Below are positions 54,927 to 58,136 of a stretch of 58,136 nucleotides of DNA, piece by piece. A program made the translations under genes and the position numbers. The notes below the pieces were generated by a model that saw nothing but the letters and a program-made list of their open reading frames with translations, was not told the DNA's origin and did not search any database. Source of the stretch: an uncultured Syntrophobacterales bacterium (GTDB lineage: Bacteria; Desulfobacterota; BSN033; WVXP01; G020346125); NCBI GenBank assembly GCA_964346945.1, contig CAYFXL010000002.1:1-58136 (forward strand). Direction: 5' to 3'. Each line of letters starts with the position of its first letter. The stretch's first letter is position 1.

Positions 54927-56264
54927 ATGGAAGAGAAGGATAGAAATCTTTCGCGCAGGCAATTCATCAAGACCACAGGTGCCGGGCTGGCAGGGGCGGC
55001 GCTTCTGACGAGCCCTTTTAAGAGCAAGGCTGCTGCCGCGGTTCAGCCGCCGGAGCTCCCCATAGAGAAGGATGCGGTCCTCAATGTCCTCAGATGGAGC
55101 CCCTTTGTCAAGTCTGACGGGGAGTACTGGGAGCAAAACTCACGGAAATGGGAGAAGGTCACCGGGGGCAAAGTTATTACCGAATATCTGTCCTGGGAGG
55201 ATGTGAGGCCCAAGGCCGCCATGGAGGCGGCGGTCGGGGCTGGCCACGATCTCATCTCGGGGTGGCACGACGACCCTCACATTTACCCGGAGAAGCTCCT
55301 CGATGTGTCAGATGTATGTGAATACCTCGGGAAGAAGTACGGAGGCTGGGAGGACGTATGCTTTAAATACGCGATGAAGGACGGGAGATGGATCGCCGTT
55401 CCCATGGGCGGACCCGGTCAGGAAATCGTGTACAGAAAGAGTTGGGTCAATGAGGCGGGCTACGACACGTTTCCCACAAAGGTCGAGGACTTCATCAAAG
55501 TCTGCAAGAAGCTCAAAAGCATGGGCCATCCCGTGGGGTTTGCAATGGGGCATGCTGTGGGGGACGGGAATAACTGGATCCACACCTGGCTGTGGGCTTA
55601 TGGTGGCAAAACAGCAAACAAGGATGGTTCCGTCGCCATCAAGAGCGCTGAGACCCGCAATGCCCTCGAGGGCATGAAGGAACTGTACGATGGCGCTATG
55701 ACTGCGGGCGTGGCATCCTGGCTCGATCCCCACAATAACAAGGCCTATCTCGCGAACCAGATCTCAGTAACCAACAACGGGATCAGCATCTACTACGCGG
55801 CCAAGGGAAAGCCGGAATGGGCAGATATTGCGAAGGATACCTACCATGCTACCCTACCTGTCGGGCCCGCGGGCAAGCCGACCGAGCTACACCTGTTCAA
55901 CCAAGTCTTCATCTTCAAGCACACGCCCTTCCCCAACGCCGCCAAGCATTACATAATGTTCATGCTCGAGGAAGAGCAGTGTGCCCCATGGACCAACGCC
56001 ATGCGGGGGTACGTGACCCCAGGTCTCAAAGCCTATCGAGATCTCCCCGTCTGGACCGAAGATCCCAAGCATACCCCGTACCGTGAATGCATCAGGAACA
56101 TGTTGTGGAACGGCTATGAGGGGCCGATCGGTCCGGCATCGGCAGCCGTCATGGCGGAGTACGTCGTGGTAGACCTCTTCGCCAACGTCTGTGCGAGGGG
56201 CGTGTCCATTGACAGGGCCATCGATCAAGCGGAAAGGACCATTGCGAGGTACTACAAGAAGTAA
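54927..56264 (+). CDS. ABC transporter substrate-binding protein (carbohydrate type) with a Tat signal
   Basis: SRRQFIKTTGAGLAGAALL twin-arginine leader. Family-1 SBP size of 445 aa. Strong SD AAGGAGGG. Confidence 0.8.
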   Translation: MEEKDRNLSRRQFIKTTGAGLAGAALLTSPFKSKAAAAVQPPELPIEKDAVLNVLRWSPFVKSDGEYWEQNSRKWEKVTGGKVITEYLSWEDVRPKAAMEAAVGAGHDLISGWHDDPHIYPEKLLDVSDVCEYLGKKYGGWEDVCFKYAMKDGRWIAVPMGGPGQEIVYRKSWVNEAGYDTFPTKVEDFIKVCKKLKSMGHPVGFAMGHAVGDGNNWIHTWLWAYGGKTANKDGSVAIKSAETRNALEGMKELYDGAMTAGVASWLDPHNNKAYLANQISVTNNGISIYYAAKGKPEWADIAKDTYHATLPVGPAGKPTELHLFNQVFIFKHTPFPNAAKHYIMFMLEEEQCAPWTNAMRGYVTPGLKAYRDLPVWTEDPKHTPYRECIRNMLWNGYEGPIGPASAAVMAEYVVVDLFANVCARGVSIDRAIDQAERTIARYYKK

Positions 56265-56365
56265 CGACGCCTTCTCAAGGGGCGTTTCCGGGGGTGCCCG
56301 TCTTCAACGCGGGAGGGGGCCCCCGGTGCCCCTCCGTTATGGGAAATCAATCCGGAGGAAAACCA

Positions 56366-57295
56366 GTGGACGCCGTTGCCACTGTTGAACAAGAGATCAG
56401 GCCGAGTTTACGAAAACGCCTCTCCGCATCGCTTGAAAATCCGACGTTCCTCGGGTTTCTCTTCGTCGCCCCGGCCGAGCTGCTCCTCTTGATCTTCTTG
56501 GCTTACCCGCTGTTGCTGGGTCTCTGGCTCGGCCTCACCGACACAATTGTTGGTCGAGAGGGACACTATATCGGCCTTCAAAATTACATCAGCCTCCTTC
56601 ATGATTCGAGCTTCTGGCTGACTGTATTCAACACCTTTCTCTACACCGTCGTGGCCGTTTTCTTTAAACTCGTGCTGGGAGTGGGCCTGGCCGTTGTCCT
56701 CAACCGTGATTTCAAGGGCAAGGGACTCATTCGAGCCATTGTCCTCCTGCCCTGGATAATCCCGACGGCCCTCAGCGCCATCTGTTTCTGGTGGCTCTAC
56801 GACTCCACCTTCAGCGGCATTTCATGGACCCTGATGAAAGTGGGTTTCATTGACCACAGGATTAATTTTCTGGGGGATGCCTGGAACGCGAGGTGGTCCC
56901 TCATCGTCGCCAATATCTGGAGAGGGGTCCCCTTCTTCACCATCGGCTTGCTGGCCGGACTCCAGACCATCAACCCCGACCTCTACGAGGCCGCGGAGAT
57001 CGACGGCGCGGGGTCATGGGCCCGATTCCGTAAAATCACCCTGCCCTTGCTGATGCCGCTGCTCACGGTGGTGACCGTCTTCTCGACCATCTGGACCTTT
57101 GCGGATTTCCAGCTGGTCTGGGTGATCACCAGGGGTGGACCTGGGGGGGCCACCCACATATTCGGCACCCTCTCCTTCCAGAGGGCCATGTCCGGGGGGC
57201 ATTTTGGAGAAGGGGCGGCAATCTCGAACTTTATGCTGCCGATACTGGTTGCCTGCGTGTTTATTGCCTTCATCTTCCTGAGGAAAGAGGACTGA
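56366..57295 (+). CDS. ABC sugar transporter permease (MalF/UgpA-like)
   Basis: EAA-loop region EAAEIDGAGSWARFRKITLPLL. GTG 56366 lies 7 nt after GGAGG. The ORF-track start 56294 lacks an SD. Confidence 0.8.
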   Translation: MDAVATVEQEIRPSLRKRLSASLENPTFLGFLFVAPAELLLLIFLAYPLLLGLWLGLTDTIVGREGHYIGLQNYISLLHDSSFWLTVFNTFLYTVVAVFFKLVLGVGLAVVLNRDFKGKGLIRAIVLLPWIIPTALSAICFWWLYDSTFSGISWTLMKVGFIDHRINFLGDAWNARWSLIVANIWRGVPFFTIGLLAGLQTINPDLYEAAEIDGAGSWARFRKITLPLLMPLLTVVTVFSTIWTFADFQLVWVITRGGPGGATHIFGTLSFQRAMSGGHFGEGAAISNFMLPILVACVFIAFIFLRKED

Positions 57296-57298
57296 GGG

Positions 57299-58132
57299 AT
57301 GGAACGCTTCGGCTCAAAACTCGTAAGATTCTACATCCCTACGGCGCTCTATTTGGTTTTCCTCCTCTTTCCCTTCTACTGGATGGCCAACACCGTCTTC
57401 AAATCGGACATAGAACTCTATGATCTCGCGCTCAACCCCCTCTACATCCACCGGCCGACGTTCGACAATGTGGCGCACCTGTTCACCAAGACCATTTTCC
57501 TCAGGTGGATGTGGAACACCTTCTTCGTGGCAATCCTTGCTACCCTTATCTCCCTGGCGGCCAGCCTCCTAGCTGCCTATGCCATCCAGAGGCTTCGGTT
57601 CAAGACCTCCGGCCCGACGGGTGTGGCCATATTCCTGGGCTATCTCGTCCCGCAAACCATCCTGTTCATCCCTCTAGCCCATATTATATTTAAGTTGAGA
57701 TTATGGGACTCCCTCTGGTCGCTGATACTCACCTACCCCACGTTTCTCATTCCGTTCTGCACGTGGCTCCTGATGGGATATTTTAAGTCCATCCCCAAGG
57801 AGATGGAGGAATGTGCCATGATCGATGGCACGAGCAGAATCAATATCTTCAGGAAGATCATTCTCCCCCTGTGCCTTCCTGGAATCCTTTCAGCGGGGAT
57901 CTTTTGTTTTACCCTCTCGTGGAACGAATTCATCTACGCCCTAGCCTTCATCTCCGCAACCACGAGCAAGACCGTCCCGATTGGGCTCGTCACGGAACTG
58001 GTCAGGGGAGACGTGTACCACTGGGGTCCATTAATGGCAGGGGCACTCTGTGCCTCGGTGCCGGTCGCCTTGGTTTATTCTTTCTTTGTTGAACACTATG
58101 TGGCAGGCATGACTGGGGCATTGAAGGAGTAA
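57299..58132 (+). CDS. ABC sugar transporter permease (MalG/UgpE-like)
   Basis: ECAMIDGTSRINIFRKIILPL EAA-loop and 6 TM helices. The window ends before any ATPase gene. Confidence 0.8.
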   Translation: MERFGSKLVRFYIPTALYLVFLLFPFYWMANTVFKSDIELYDLALNPLYIHRPTFDNVAHLFTKTIFLRWMWNTFFVAILATLISLAASLLAAYAIQRLRFKTSGPTGVAIFLGYLVPQTILFIPLAHIIFKLRLWDSLWSLILTYPTFLIPFCTWLLMGYFKSIPKEMEECAMIDGTSRINIFRKIILPLCLPGILSAGIFCFTLSWNEFIYALAFISATTSKTVPIGLVTELVRGDVYHWGPLMAGALCASVPVALVYSFFVEHYVAGMTGALKE

Positions 58133-58136
58133 GGAC

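Noticed and set aside
54689-55027. 112-aa minus-strand ORF and 79-aa plus-strand ORF (54614..54853) in the gap upstream of the ABC operon, possibly a remnant regulator or toxin gene.
   Set aside because: No recognisable motif and no SD. The ORFs overlap each other and the SBP gene start, so they are most likely non-coding promoter DNA.
1-58136. Search for CRISPR arrays, IS elements, integrases, phage genes, defence systems, tRNA and rRNA genes.
   Set aside because: No direct-repeat/spacer arrays, terminal inverted repeats with transposase ORFs, or RNA gene signatures were seen. The candidate novel system here is metabolic and regulatory rather than a mobile or defence element.

Overview
Gene-dense bacterial chromosomal window with about 45 credible CDS and intermediate GC by eye. 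I recognised no rRNA, tRNA, CRISPR array, integrase or transposase. All functional calls come from motif recognition by eye, since no database search was possible. Contents from left to right follow. (i) An AbrB-type regulator plus arsenite methyltransferase (arsM) operon sits behind a perfect TTGACA-17-TATAAT promoter. (ii) Small redox and transport genes follow: a ferritin-like ORF interrupted by an in-frame TGA, a PNPOx-like gene, an MFS, CorA and a decayed MscS channel. (iii) A long minus-strand array carries a RimK-like ATP-grasp ligase, a 7TM transglutaminase-like membrane protein and a retropepsin-like protease. An MFS, an RCK_C membrane protein and small membrane proteins follow it. 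(iv) A sigma54 activator gene is flanked by two perfect divergent -24/-12 promoters and six GGAAC-N5-GTTCC dyads in mirror-image arrangement. (v) The rightward sigma54 operon holds two small unknown ORFs, a lysine 2,3-aminomutase (KamA/AblA-like) and three ATP-grasp ligases. A GNAT, an MFS paralog and an atypical M20 homolog complete it. This operon is the best candidate here for an undescribed beta-lysine-derived peptide or osmolyte pathway. (vi) A 13.6 kb glgE-treS/pep2-glgB-treZ-treY-malQ alpha-glucan/trehalose operon. (vii) A diadenylate cyclase fused to YbbR (CdaR-like) domains. (viii) Three GT-A glycosyltransferases, an MPGP-family phosphatase and an alpha-glucan phosphorylase, resembling a glycosyl-glycerate-type compatible-solute locus. 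(ix) Yip1, a DUF4230-like gene, an orphan 384-aa protein, a hydroxypyruvate-isomerase-like TIM barrel and the start of a sugar ABC importer. The overall theme is compatible-solute, storage-glucan and ion homeostasis.
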